A stretch of 64,000 bases of DNA from Candidatus Melainabacteria bacterium RIFCSPLOWO2_02_FULL_35_15 (GTDB lineage Bacteria > Cyanobacteriota > Vampirovibrionia > 2-02-FULL-35-15): NCBI GenBank assembly GCA_001784585.1, contig MFRN01000041.1:5318-69317 (forward strand), written 5' to 3'. Below the pieces are notes generated by a model that was not told the origin of the DNA, made no database searches, and was given only the letters and a program-made list of their open reading frames with translations. Below, in pieces: positions 9,614 to 20,284 of the stretch. Each line of letters begins with the position of its first letter. Position 1 is the stretch's first letter. Made by a program: the position numbers and the translations under genes.

Positions 9614-10882
9614 TTGTTTGATAAAACGATGGAAAGCATAATTACCAAAGGCCAGATTCAGTCCTTAATTGATGGATTGTTTTTGCAACCAATACTTAAA
9701 GAAAATTCAAATATTATTTCACTGACAAGTAATGAGCTGGCAGATATATCTTTAAAAGTAAGTAAACATATAAGATCTGAACAATCGCTGGATCAATTAC
9801 TGGAAAATATAATTAGTCTCTTAGGCAATGCCGGTATTGCAGAAAGAGTTTTATTGTTTCAGTTAAACAATGATAATATCAAAGCTCTATTAACTCACTA
9901 CTGGGAAAGCCCTTATGTTCCGAGGTTTAATCCGGTTGGTTTTGAGTTAGATTTATCTGACTTACCATTCTTAAAAATCTTTAGTACTAACCCAAAACAT
10001 TCATTACAAATAGAAGATATTTCAAAATATCTTGTTTTGCCAAATTACATTTTAAAAAATAAATTAAAAGCATTATTTTTAAAACTTAAAAGTAAATCTC
10101 TTTTAGTTACTACAGGAAGTTCAGAGAATATTAAAATTGTGCTTAATATCCAGTTCTGTACAAGAAACATAATATGGAGCAATGAAACAGAAAAAGTTAT
10201 ACAGTCTGTCATAGATCAGTTAGCAGGTGCGATTCAAAGCCACTCAGACAAAAAGAAAAGAGAAAATCTTCAAAGAAATATTACAGAGCTTCAGGAATAC
10301 GCTATAAAAGAACAGGAAGAGCTGCTTCGTCGCTTTGCAAGTGACCTACACGATCTTCCATGCAGTATAATCTCAAATTTAAAACTTGCCATTAAAAACA
10401 AAGATTTAGAAGAATGTGAAAGGCTTGTAAATGATATTCACAATAGCTTAAGGCAGCTTATTAATGAATATATGATTCCTGATATAAATCTGCTTGGTTT
10501 TGTAAACACTCTTTATCAGTTTATTAACGGATTTAAAAAAACATTTAAGGGAAATGTAATCGTAGAACTGCCTGACGAAGAAATAAATATTCCACACAAA
10601 AAAGCTACTGAGCTTTTTAAAGTAATAAGGGAATGGTTCTGTAATATAGAAAAACATTCTTGTGCTGATATTGTTGAATTCAGACTAAAGAAATCAAATG
10701 ACTATTATTTTTTAATTACAATCTCTGACAATGGAAAAGGGTTTGATACAAGTAATACTAAAAGTTTAGGTTATGGCATATTAAATATAAAAAGAAGGCT
10801 GCTTGAAACAAACTCAAAATTTGAAATTAAAAGTGAAGTAAACAAAGGGGCAGTTTTAAAGATACAGACTGCAACAGATTAA
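9614..10882 (+). CDS. Cytoplasmic GAF-domain sensor histidine kinase (HisKA_3/NarX-like)
   Basis: GAF-like N-terminal half, ASDLHD phospho-His box, NIEKHS, ISDNGKGF and GYGILNIKRR ATPase motifs; no TM segments. Confidence 0.82.
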   Translation: MFDKTMESIITKGQIQSLIDGLFLQPILKENSNIISLTSNELADISLKVSKHIRSEQSLDQLLENIISLLGNAGIAERVLLFQLNNDNIKALLTHYWESPYVPRFNPVGFELDLSDLPFLKIFSTNPKHSLQIEDISKYLVLPNYILKNKLKALFLKLKSKSLLVTTGSSENIKIVLNIQFCTRNIIWSNETEKVIQSVIDQLAGAIQSHSDKKKRENLQRNITELQEYAIKEQEELLRRFASDLHDLPCSIISNLKLAIKNKDLEECERLVNDIHNSLRQLINEYMIPDINLLGFVNTLYQFINGFKKTFKGNVIVELPDEEINIPHKKATELFKVIREWFCNIEKHSCADIVEFRLKKSNDYYFLITISDNGKGFDTSNTKSLGYGILNIKRRLLETNSKFEIKSEVNKGAVLKIQTATD

Positions 10883-10912
10883 TTTGTTTACATATGTTAA
10901 AATAACTCAGTT

Positions 10913-11140
10913 ATGGCATATTTTATAGTAGGTTTACAGGTACTAAGCGGAATAGCATTAATTGTTCTTATACTTCTTCACTCACCAAAAGGTGAAGGTC
11001 TGGGTGGGATCGGTGGTTCTGCAAATTTATTTACAGGGCCTTCACAGGCTGAAGCTGGTTTGGATAAAGTTACATGGATTATAGCAACAACTTTTATTTT
11101 TTCATCTGCACTGGTCGGCTGGGGAATTTTCAGATTTTAG
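10913..11140 (+). CDS. secG: Preprotein translocase subunit SecG
   Basis: Two TMs with the LLHSPKGEGLGGIGG linker typical of cyanobacterial SecG. Confidence 0.92.
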   Translation: MAYFIVGLQVLSGIALIVLILLHSPKGEGLGGIGGSANLFTGPSQAEAGLDKVTWIIATTFIFSSALVGWGIFRF

Positions 11141-11160
11141 ATAAGATTTGTAATTGTTAA

Positions 11161-11925
11161 ATGTCCATCACAAGATCCTTAATTAAAGCTAAACTAACCG
11201 ATAACGCAGAACTCGGGAAAGGCTATTATGTAAGCTGGTTTCATGCTCCTGAAATTACAAAAAATATACATCCTGGCCAGTTTGTAATGATGGAGTCGGG
11301 GCAATATCTCTTAAGGCCTTTTAGCGTATATGAGACAAAAGGAGAAAATGCAGGGTTTCTCTACAGAGTAATAGGCGGCGGGACCAGCTTTCTAAGTAAG
11401 CTAAAAATTGGAAATGAAGTTTTAATACATGGCCCATTAGGAAAAGGTTTTACTTTCCCGGAAAATAAAAACAAACCAATTTTAATAGTAGCAGGTGGTA
11501 TTGGAATAGCTACGTTTCCGCTGGTGGCCAGGGTAGCATCTGAAAACAAATATAAAATAAAAACCTTATTTGGTGCAAGAAGTAAAAATGATTTGATCTG
11601 TACTGAAGAATTAAAAAAATACGGTGAAGTAGAATCTATAACTGATGACGGCAGCTCAGGAAGAAAAGGCCTTGTTACTGAACTTTTAACCACTGAATTA
11701 AATAAAAATAAAGATCAGGAAATATTTGTATGCGGTCCAACGCCTATGCTAAAGAGTGTTATAAAGGTCTGTAATGAATTTGGTGTTATTGCACAGGTAT
11801 CATTTGAAGAATATATGGCCTGCGGATACGGAGTGTGCATGTCGTGCGTAATAAAAGCAAATGGGAAATACCTGAGAACCTGTGTTGATGGGCCTGTTAT
11901 GAGATCCGATATTGTAGCTGTGTGA
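11161..11925 (+). CDS. pyrK: Dihydroorotate dehydrogenase electron transfer subunit
   Basis: RPFS, GPLGKGF, AGGIG, CGPTPM and MACGYGVCMSC..C [2Fe-2S] motif. Confidence 0.9.
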   Translation: MSITRSLIKAKLTDNAELGKGYYVSWFHAPEITKNIHPGQFVMMESGQYLLRPFSVYETKGENAGFLYRVIGGGTSFLSKLKIGNEVLIHGPLGKGFTFPENKNKPILIVAGGIGIATFPLVARVASENKYKIKTLFGARSKNDLICTEELKKYGEVESITDDGSSGRKGLVTELLTTELNKNKDQEIFVCGPTPMLKSVIKVCNEFGVIAQVSFEEYMACGYGVCMSCVIKANGKYLRTCVDGPVMRSDIVAV

Positions 11926-11927
11926 TA

Positions 11928-12284
11928 TCACTTCTTAGCAGCCAGTTCTTTATCAATCTTCTGTAAAAACTGCTGCATTACGCTAATGAGTTCATTTAAT
12001 TCAAATATTTTTAACAGATTATCAGATCCGTTTAATCCTTCAATGGGTTTTAAAATCTCTTTTACATTTTCATCTCTTACATTTTTTGCACCAAGAGATT
12101 CAAAAGAAACTGTTTGATTGTTTTCCAGTCTGATTAATGCTGAGTGCCCGATTTCCTGGACTGGATCAAGATAGTTAAACATTGCTGAAATTATAACTTT
12201 AGCACCTATGTGCTCAGCACTTAAATCAATTTCACGTCCTGAACTTAAAATATATTTTCTGTTTGAAAAAATTGCTTTACGCAT
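11928..12284 (-). CDS. Hypothetical protein
   Basis: 118-aa ORF filling the gap, co-directional with the methyltransferase; no motif recognised. Confidence 0.55.
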   Translation of the reverse strand: MRKAIFSNRKYILSSGREIDLSAEHIGAKVIISAMFNYLDPVQEIGHSALIRLENNQTVSFESLGAKNVRDENVKEILKPIEGLNGSDNLLKIFELNELISVMQQFLQKIDKELAAKK

Positions 12285-12299
12285 AATAAAGATATTTTA

Positions 12300-13100
12300 C
12301 TATAACATCCTAAATCTCTTTACAGACAAATCAATGTATTTCCTTTCTATATCAATCCCTACAAACCTCCTATTTAGCATATACGCAGCAATTCCAGCAG
12401 TTGAACTGCCGCAAAACGGATCAAGGACCAGATCTCCTTCTTTTGTGCTGGCAAGTATGATTCTCTTTAAGAGATCAATTGGTTTTTGGGTAGGATGCTT
12501 TCCGAATTGTTTTTCATCTTTTTTTGGTGAAGTTAATGCCCAGACAGAACGCATCTGCATTTTTGGTTTTTTAAGTTTGTCCTCCAGCCAGATCCCATTC
12601 TTCATTAATGTGTAATTAAAATAGTGCCTGGATTTCTTATCTTTTTTTGCCCAGATAAGTGTTTCATGACTGGAAGTAAAATATCTGCAGCTTATATTTG
12701 GAGGAGCATTTGGTTTAAACCAGCATATATCATTTAAAAGCTGAAATCCAAGTAGCTGTAAAACACAACCGCATAAATAAATAGAATGGTAAGTACCGCT
12801 AATCCAGATAGTCCCGGCTGGTTTTAAAACTCTTTTACATTCACCAAGCCATTTCTTGTGAAACTCAAAATCTTTTTCAATGCCACTGCTTATATCCCAC
12901 TTACCTTTGTTTACAGAAGCTCTTTTCCCTGAATAACATGTAAAACCATTGTTTGAAAGTAAATACGGTGGATCTGCAAAAATACAGTCAAATGTATTTT
13001 CATCAAACTTTTTTAAAACCTCTAAACAATCCCCTAAATAGAGTTTGTATTTTTCTTCATTTGAAAATATTAATTTATTCACGTTTTTAGTATATATCAT
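12300..13100 (-). CDS. Orphan beta-class N6/N4 DNA methyltransferase (DpnA-like)
   Basis: ADPPY motif IV precedes HPTQKP and LDPFCGS motif I; SNNG..SVNKGKWD segment resembles the DpnA/MboIB type. Confidence 0.88.
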   Translation of the reverse strand: MIYTKNVNKLIFSNEEKYKLYLGDCLEVLKKFDENTFDCIFADPPYLLSNNGFTCYSGKRASVNKGKWDISSGIEKDFEFHKKWLGECKRVLKPAGTIWISGTYHSIYLCGCVLQLLGFQLLNDICWFKPNAPPNISCRYFTSSHETLIWAKKDKKSRHYFNYTLMKNGIWLEDKLKKPKMQMRSVWALTSPKKDEKQFGKHPTQKPIDLLKRIILASTKEGDLVLDPFCGSSTAGIAAYMLNRRFVGIDIERKYIDLSVKRFRML

Positions 13101-13402
13101 CTATTTGATGGAGATAAAAATAATATATCAACCAAACGCTCTAGGGAAATAGCTTTAGCATCATGTTTATTCCTGATACCGGGACTTAATTCCAGGGTAA
13201 AAAGTAACAGGAATGGTACTTTTATCATTTTTTTCATAACTTGAACCTAACTATTAAATTCAATACTTGGGAGGACACATACCTTAGTCGAAGGTAATAA
13301 ATATACAGGTAATTAAGCAGCTCAGGGGTAACTCTATAAATGTATTTTTTAAATAAATGGCCGAATCTAAGTTATTAGAGACTCCTTTTTAATTTTAAAA
13401 TC

Positions 13403-14335
13403 TTGAAAGAAGATAATATAAAAACCAGTAATGAAATAAAAATCATTGATGAAAAATTCTTTGATGATGATTTGTTGATTGATATCAATGTTCCAATTGA
13501 TGATTCAGTCAAACTTTATTTAAAAGAAATTGGGAAAGTAGAGCTTTTAAAGCCTCTTGAAGAATTAGAAATTGCAAAAACAATTTCTAATGGCGGAAGA
13601 GATGCTGAAGCAGCAAAAATAAAACTAATACAGGCAAATCTCAGGCTGGTAGTTTCAATAGCTAAAAGATATTTAGGCAGAGGACTAAATTTTCTGGATT
13701 TAATTCAGGAAGGAAATATCGGGCTTATGAAAGCTGCTGAAAAGTTTGACAGTGACAGAGGTTTTAAATTTTCCACCTATGCAACCTGGTGGATTAAACA
13801 GGCAATTACAAGAGCAATTGCAGATAAAGCTCATGCCATAAGGGTTCCAGTCCATATGGTAGAAAATCTTTACAGGCTTCGAAAAATCAGTAATGATCTT
13901 ACCCATCAGTTAAAAAGAAAACCTACCGATGATGAGCTTGCCAGTGCAATGAAGGTTTCAAAAGATAAGATTGATGAAATACTTAAAGCAGTTAAAGAGC
14001 CTATTTCACTGGAAACACCGCTTGGAAAAGAAGAGGACGTAAAACTTTCTGATTTTATTGAAGATGAAGCAATTTTACAGCCTGAGGATTATGTAACAAA
14101 CGAATTTTTAAAAACAGATTTGAACAAGGCGCTTGAAGAATTAAATGAAAGAGAAAGACATTTAATTAATTTACGATTTGGGCTTGAAGACGGTCAGCAA
14201 AGATCTTTAGATGAAGTAAGCAGACTCTTTCAAATACCACGTGAGCGTGTCAGGCAAATAGAATTTAAAGCCTTAAGAAAATTAAGACACCCGGTCAGAA
14301 GCAGTAAACTAAGGGATTACTTAGATGATGAGTAG
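13403..14335 (+). CDS. RNA polymerase sigma70 factor, RpoD/SigA-like without region 1.1 (group 2-like)
   Basis: [43 protein letters not shown] and [16 protein letters not shown] motifs. Confidence 0.92.
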   Translation: MKEDNIKTSNEIKIIDEKFFDDDLLIDINVPIDDSVKLYLKEIGKVELLKPLEELEIAKTISNGGRDAEAAKIKLIQANLRLVVSIAKRYLGRGLNFLDLIQEGNIGLMKAAEKFDSDRGFKFSTYATWWIKQAITRAIADKAHAIRVPVHMVENLYRLRKISNDLTHQLKRKPTDDELASAMKVSKDKIDEILKAVKEPISLETPLGKEEDVKLSDFIEDEAILQPEDYVTNEFLKTDLNKALEELNERERHLINLRFGLEDGQQRSLDEVSRLFQIPRERVRQIEFKALRKLRHPVRSSKLRDYLDDE

Positions 14336-14344
14336 GCAAAACAA

Positions 14345-14878
14345 TCACTGATATGCATTTACCTTTATAGATTTAAATGTTTTTTCATCGCTGTATAAAA
14401 CAGCTCTGACACCGATTATACCCAGATGATTTTTTCCTCTTTTATCCAGGAGCATTTCATAACTTACAACACCGTTTTCAAAAAAATGACTTATAAAATG
14501 TGCATTTTTAATTTGCTTTCTGTATTTCCCACGCTCTTTTTTAGGATAAAGTATATCTGAAATAATGTTTGCTTCACGTTCGGTAATTATTTGTTTTTTA
14601 ACTTTATTTCCTCTTGGCCGTGCTGATTCAGAAAATGATTTACCGTCCCTGTAAATAGCTTCAAGTTGCCAGCCGTATAACGGAAACTGATAAGTTTTTT
14701 TCCCGGAAAAGTTTCTGTTATTATCAGAAAATTGTTTTGATACTAATTCATTTCCATACTGCCTCTGGTTTTCTGTGATTTTATTTTCCAGCCTGGCTTG
14801 GGTATTGCTTTCAAAAAGAAGCAGAGAAGCAGAGAGGCAGAGAAACACAGAGAAAAACTTTCTCACGTCATACCGCAT
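14345..14878 (-). CDS. Hypothetical exported protein
   Basis: Signal-peptide-like N-terminus (FFSVFLCLSASLLLF..TQA); start placed at the second Met. Confidence 0.6.
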   Translation of the reverse strand: MRYDVRKFFSVFLCLSASLLLFESNTQARLENKITENQRQYGNELVSKQFSDNNRNFSGKKTYQFPLYGWQLEAIYRDGKSFSESARPRGNKVKKQIITEREANIISDILYPKKERGKYRKQIKNAHFISHFFENGVVSYEMLLDKRGKNHLGIIGVRAVLYSDEKTFKSIKVNAYQ

Positions 14879-16082
14879 GTTTTTCTTTAGCCCAGATACC
14901 CACTGTAAAAATATAAGCATAACAGGCAAATGCAATTAACATCCCCAAATACCAGTTTGGTTTTTGAATAGAGCCGGTTATTTCAGCCACCTTGGCAATT
15001 AACGGTCCAATTACAGCTCCTCCAATAATTGCAGTACAGAGCATTCCTGATACCATTCCTGAGTATTCTTTTTTATAGGATTCAATTGCAAGACCATAAA
15101 TAGATGGAAACATAATTGAAATAAAAAATCCAACCATTGGAAATGCCCATAAAACAATTGTTAAATTGTTTGAAAATATTGCACAAGCAAGTAAAAGAGC
15201 AGCGCAGGAAATATAAATCCGGATTGCTTTTTTTGTAGGGATTTTATCCAGTACAAAACTTCCAAGCAGTCTGCCGATAAGTAATCCCAGCCAGTAATTT
15301 GCAACAGTGGAGTTTTTTATAGCTTCAGCACCTTCTCCTAAAACATTTGTAACCTTATGCATATCTTCTAAAAATAAACCGATATTGTTTGCAACACCTA
15401 CTTCTACCCCGACATAAAGAAAAATTGCAAGTGTATACATCATCATAAGCGGATCTTTCAGAAGAACTGCAAAACTTTTTTCAGACTTGTGTTCTTTTTC
15501 ACCAAAGGTTTTTTCCGGCGGATACTTTGGAAATGCAAGACCAAATAACATAACTATTGAAATAACAGTAAATATCCAGTAACTGTAATTCCATTCAAGT
15601 CCTCTTAATTTAACAAAGGTTACAATATGCGGAGCAAGATATGATCCTGCTCCAAAGAGCACCATAAACAAAGTAAGATTTCGTGAATATTTTTCAGGAT
15701 TACTAACTCCTTTAACAAGAGGGTTTGCAGCTACCTGAATGGCAGTAATGCCAACTCCACAAACAAACATTGCAACCATGTTTGCATAGTATCCGGGCAC
15801 ACTTGCAAACATAAGAACACCAATAGTAGTAATTAAAGAACCAAAGATCAAAGTAAACTTCGATCCGGATTTATTTATTAAAACCCCAAACGGTACAGAA
15901 GTAAGTCCATAAGCTATAAAAAATACAGATGCCAAAAAGCTGGATGCAGAGCCACTCACATGATAGGTTTCTTTAATTTTTGGAACTATTGCACCGGCTA
16001 CATTTGTAATAGCACCAAAGGTTAAATATGCAAATGCAAGGGCTATTAAAAGAAAAAGATAGTTATTCTTTGGTTTTGACAT
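14868..16082 (-). CDS. MFS transporter, FucP/GluP sugar permease-like
   Basis: About 12 TMs, QVAANP, FLYVGVEVG and SIMFPSI motifs. Confidence 0.88.
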   Translation of the reverse strand: MSKPKNNYLFLLIALAFAYLTFGAITNVAGAIVPKIKETYHVSGSASSFLASVFFIAYGLTSVPFGVLINKSGSKFTLIFGSLITTIGVLMFASVPGYYANMVAMFVCGVGITAIQVAANPLVKGVSNPEKYSRNLTLFMVLFGAGSYLAPHIVTFVKLRGLEWNYSYWIFTVISIVMLFGLAFPKYPPEKTFGEKEHKSEKSFAVLLKDPLMMMYTLAIFLYVGVEVGVANNIGLFLEDMHKVTNVLGEGAEAIKNSTVANYWLGLLIGRLLGSFVLDKIPTKKAIRIYISCAALLLACAIFSNNLTIVLWAFPMVGFFISIMFPSIYGLAIESYKKEYSGMVSGMLCTAIIGGAVIGPLIAKVAEITGSIQKPNWYLGMLIAFACYAYIFTVGIWAKEKHAV

Positions 16083-16157
16083 TTCTTAAATATATCATGA
16101 TGAGATGTTACTTTTTAAAGTAACAAAGGAAAAAGTTATCTTATGAAAAAATAAAAT

Positions 16158-17513
16158 TTAATGGACAGTAAAACTTTTTGTTCTGTATGGCAGAGCTCTT
16201 ATTTTATTAAATTCATCGTCATCACATCTTTCAAAGATCATTGCAATGCCCTGTCCACCACCTACACATAAGGTTGCAAGTCCATACTTTGATGGCAGCC
16301 CTTCCTGTGCTCTTCTCTCCATTTCATGAAGAAGAGTAACAGGAACTCTAATCCCGCTTACACCTAAAGCATGTCCAAGTGCAATAGCACCACCGTTTAC
16401 ATTTACTTTGTTAATATCTAACTTAAACTTATCAACCGCAGCTAATACGACAGCTGCAAAAGCTTCGTTGATTTCCCACAGATCAATATCCTGTGGTTTT
16501 AGATTTGCCTTTTTTAATACTTTTTCAATGGCTGGAATTGGTCCAAGTAAATGTTCTACTAAATCCTGTGAATCTGTTTTTACTACTGCTGTAGCTTTTA
16601 GTTTTGCTAAAGGCTTAAGATCAAACTCTCTGACAATATATCCATTCGTAAGAATCATAGCAGCTGCCTGAGCACTAATTTGGCTGGAGGTGCCGGCAGT
16701 ATGAAACCCTTTTTTTGTTCCGAGTTTTGTGAATGGAAAGAAAGGTAATCCAAAAAGCGGAATTGTCTTCCCAAACTTAAAGGGTAATTTCTTTAGAGCT
16801 TCTAAAGTAGTATCAGGTCTTATACCTTCATCCTTACTTACAACTCCATACGGAGTTACTATTGGCACTATTTCATCATCAAACTTGCCTGTTCTTTGAG
16901 CTTCAATTGCTCTCATTTGAGACAGAAAGCCATATTCATTTAAACGTTCAACAGGTATTTTTAAAACCTTGGCCATTTCATCAGCATATCTTCCCATTAC
17001 ATATAGCTTATAGTCTTCAGGTAATGAGTCGTTTATTATTTTTGGGCCCTTTTTAATGGTTCTAAGAAGATTTTCAAAAAGTCCTCCAAGAGCATTAGCA
17101 TTAGGCATTAAATCCTGTCCATGAAACACTAGATGATTATTTTCAGCTCCTGCTACAAGAACTGCCTCATCTATTCCACTAGCTGCTAAACCAGCCGCAA
17201 AACGAATTCCCTGCCCTCCGGAAGCACATAGCATATTTACTGTAGAAGCTGGAATCATTAACTTACTTTTTTCTGAAGACATTGACGAAAAATTATTTCC
17301 CTGCTTGCCAGTTTGGGTAGCACAAGTACCTATGATTTCATCAATAACATCAGGTATTATTTCTTTTGGTATTCCAGATCTTTCTACTGATGCATTTATT
17401 ACAGCTCTTTGTAACTCAACTGGATGAACTCTGTGTAAACCACCGCCTTTTTTTCCCGCAGGTGTTCTTACAGCGCTATTTCCCGGTATATATGAAGTTA
17501 AAACTTCTACCAT
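16158..17513 (-). CDS. Acetyl-CoA C-acyltransferase (thiolase)
   Basis: AVRTP, NMLCASG (catalytic Cys), EINEAFA, GGAIALGHALG and LCVGGGQG motifs. Confidence 0.92.
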   Translation of the reverse strand: MVEVLTSYIPGNSAVRTPAGKKGGGLHRVHPVELQRAVINASVERSGIPKEIIPDVIDEIIGTCATQTGKQGNNFSSMSSEKSKLMIPASTVNMLCASGGQGIRFAAGLAASGIDEAVLVAGAENNHLVFHGQDLMPNANALGGLFENLLRTIKKGPKIINDSLPEDYKLYVMGRYADEMAKVLKIPVERLNEYGFLSQMRAIEAQRTGKFDDEIVPIVTPYGVVSKDEGIRPDTTLEALKKLPFKFGKTIPLFGLPFFPFTKLGTKKGFHTAGTSSQISAQAAAMILTNGYIVREFDLKPLAKLKATAVVKTDSQDLVEHLLGPIPAIEKVLKKANLKPQDIDLWEINEAFAAVVLAAVDKFKLDINKVNVNGGAIALGHALGVSGIRVPVTLLHEMERRAQEGLPSKYGLATLCVGGGQGIAMIFERCDDDEFNKIRALPYRTKSFTVH

Positions 17514-17754
17514 AAACAATTCCTAATAATTTATATTTTTAATACTGATCAATTTAGAATTAGTAAAAGGATAACAAATGATTTAAAAAAATTGTTAGTG
17601 TTTGACAAAAAAAATTTTTATGTTAGTTCAAAATGCAATAACCAAATACAAGATTATGTTCTCTTAATCTTTATTTTAGTAACAAAAATCTAATTTATAC
17701 ATTTACAAGTGATGCTTGAAATCATAGAATGTACCTCAATTCTAGAAAAAGATA

Positions 17755-20262
17755 ATGTCAGCTAAAACAATAACTCCTTCTTATAGTTCAGTATTTAGTA
17801 CAGTTTCACCAACTGAAGTTGCAGGACTGTTAAAAAAAATTAATGCTGGCGGCGCTATTCAAGCAGGCACTAAAACAATGGGTGCAGGAATTTCAGTTCT
17901 TGATAAAAGAGCAGGCCTGACTGTCATGCCAATGGATATCAGTAAAGAAGCAGTAGCTGAGAATCTCGCTGGTATAGTTAAAAGAGATGACGGAGCAGTT
18001 AGGGCACGTGCATTAGGGCTAAATCAAAGAGCACATTCTGTGGTTGCTAATCTTTTAGAAGAACCTCTTGTTTTCCCAAACGGTAGAGTCCCTTCTCTAA
18101 GTGGTACTCCTGATGAAAAAAGAGACTTTGCACTTACGTTTCTGGAAACAAATTTTGATGAGGATATTAGACAAAAGATTCAAAATAAAATGCTTATAGT
18201 TGAAGCATTACCTGAGAATTTGAAATTAAAAAAACAAGTACTTGAATTTTTAGCTTATGTTGTACCTGAAGATGCAATTATAGCTACTAATACATCTTCG
18301 CTCTCTATAGATGAAATAGCAGAAAATATACCAAATCCTGAAAGAGTACTTGGAATACATTACTTCTTTCCTGCTGATCAAAATGAAGCAGCAGAAGTAA
18401 TTCGTGGATCAAAAACATCTGATAAGCATTTAATGGCTGCATATTACCTTTTAAAAGCAGAAGGTAAAAAACCAATTATGGTATTTAAGGACAGGCCTCT
18501 TGCTGTTGGGAATAGAATATTTGTAGCCGTACTAGGGAAGGCTCAGGAGCTGGCAGAAAAAGGACTGGCTTCCAGAAGACAAATAGATCAAATATATTTA
18601 CAAACGTTTTATAAAGACCAGATAGGTATACAATTCCAAAAAGCCAAAGAAGGTTTTAAAAAAGCAATTAAATTAGATTTCTTTAATGATGAAGCGAGAA
18701 TATATAAAAAAGTCAGTGAGATTGAAAAGGAAATTGATAATTTAACTTTAAAAGGGAAATATCAGAAAAGAGATAAACTTACAGATGAAAAAGTAAAACT
18801 TCTAAAAGAAGCTGCTGATGCTCTGGGACAAAAAATACTTTATGCGGGCATTCTTGAAAACGCTCATGTCCTTGGTACTGCATTAAAGACGCCTGAACTA
18901 ACTAAGTTTATAAAGAAAGAAGCACAAGAAAAATTAAGCTTAATTAATCAATATTTAAATGCTATAAAATACGTTCCAGCAAATAAACTTAAAACTGTTA
19001 AAGAAATAACCGGAAAAGAACTTGAATCATATGTAATTCCTGATATTCCTGATAAAAATCTTACAAAAGCTCAAAGGCAGCATATCTCAGATCAATTAAA
19101 AGGAATATTTACTGCAACTGCTGACCAAATTAGAAAAGAAGGTTTAGCAACACCATCTGATATAAATCTTTTAGTAAGAACAGCTTTTGAATATAACACT
19201 GCCCCTTTCTCGCCTGGTAATGAGCTTGGAGAACAAGAACTATCCGGTGTACAAACCTATATTCAGGGCGATACTGCCACTATAGAAATAGGCTTTAATC
19301 AAATTCAGTTTTTAATGAACATGGCTAATTCTTTGACGCCTGAAATATTAAAAGCTGTTCGTAATGCTGTTAAAGAATTTGAAGCCAATCCAAACATAAA
19401 AGTAATATTTCTTGAAAGTAAAGGCGGAAAAGTTTTTAGCTCTGGTGCCAGCTTAAAATATGTACATGAAAACAGAGGTAACATGAAAAAGCTCATTGAA
19501 TATGTTGAGCTTGGTTACGATACCGTGCAAACTATAAAAAATTGCTCAAAGCCTGTAATCGGGCTTTCTGACGGATCGTCAGTAGGAGGCAGTGTTGAAC
19601 TCCTTGCTGTATGTACAGCCAGATATGGAACTGAAAATGCATCTATTGCTCTTCCTGAGAGGTCACTAAAATTAGCCCCTCTTTGGGGAGGAACAGAAAA
19701 TGTACCGGCATTAATTGGCAAAGAACTGGCAATTCCATTTGCATGTAATTCAAGAGGCAAAAAGTTTGCCTGGATGACTGCAGAAATAGCATGTAAAGCA
19801 GGTTTCTATAACAATGCTAAACCACTATTACGTAGTGAACTTTATCAGTTTAAGGCAGATTTAATTGCAGGAGAAGTACCCGGTATAGATATAAGAAGCT
19901 TAAAAAGAAGAGAACCAGAGTTTGATAAAAGGATAACTGACTATGAGGTAAGAAGAAAGTTTGGGCTTGGCAGATTAGATAAAAAATCTCATTACACGCA
20001 TAGCGGGCTTAGCTTGAGAACAAGAACTACTGCAATACTTATAGAACAATTAATTGAAAATGCTCACGATCCATCCTATAGAGGGAGGAAAATAACGAAA
20101 GAAAAACTTGAAGAAATAATTACTGGAGCATTAGAATATTCAGATCAAACAGTTAAGCCACAGCTCTGGATAGCACAAAATAAATATGCTGCAAAAGCAG
20201 CTGAAATAGGTACAGGTACAATGATTGGTCTTGGGAAAGTTATCAAAAAATTATTTGGATAA
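17755..20262 (+). CDS. 3-hydroxyacyl-CoA dehydrogenase / enoyl-CoA hydratase fusion (HADH N-terminal, crotonase C-terminal)
   Basis: TMGAGI, VEALPENLKLK, ATNTSSL and GIHYF (HADH); FSSGASL, GGSVEL and ALPE (crotonase); many insertions. Confidence 0.85.
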   Translation: MSAKTITPSYSSVFSTVSPTEVAGLLKKINAGGAIQAGTKTMGAGISVLDKRAGLTVMPMDISKEAVAENLAGIVKRDDGAVRARALGLNQRAHSVVANLLEEPLVFPNGRVPSLSGTPDEKRDFALTFLETNFDEDIRQKIQNKMLIVEALPENLKLKKQVLEFLAYVVPEDAIIATNTSSLSIDEIAENIPNPERVLGIHYFFPADQNEAAEVIRGSKTSDKHLMAAYYLLKAEGKKPIMVFKDRPLAVGNRIFVAVLGKAQELAEKGLASRRQIDQIYLQTFYKDQIGIQFQKAKEGFKKAIKLDFFNDEARIYKKVSEIEKEIDNLTLKGKYQKRDKLTDEKVKLLKEAADALGQKILYAGILENAHVLGTALKTPELTKFIKKEAQEKLSLINQYLNAIKYVPANKLKTVKEITGKELESYVIPDIPDKNLTKAQRQHISDQLKGIFTATADQIRKEGLATPSDINLLVRTAFEYNTAPFSPGNELGEQELSGVQTYIQGDTATIEIGFNQIQFLMNMANSLTPEILKAVRNAVKEFEANPNIKVIFLESKGGKVFSSGASLKYVHENRGNMKKLIEYVELGYDTVQTIKNCSKPVIGLSDGSSVGGSVELLAVCTARYGTENASIALPERSLKLAPLWGGTENVPALIGKELAIPFACNSRGKKFAWMTAEIACKAGFYNNAKPLLRSELYQFKADLIAGEVPGIDIRSLKRREPEFDKRITDYEVRRKFGLGRLDKKSHYTHSGLSLRTRTTAILIEQLIENAHDPSYRGRKITKEKLEEIITGALEYSDQTVKPQLWIAQNKYAAKAAEIGTGTMIGLGKVIKKLFG

Positions 20263-20284
20263 TATATAAAGGAAGAATAAATCT

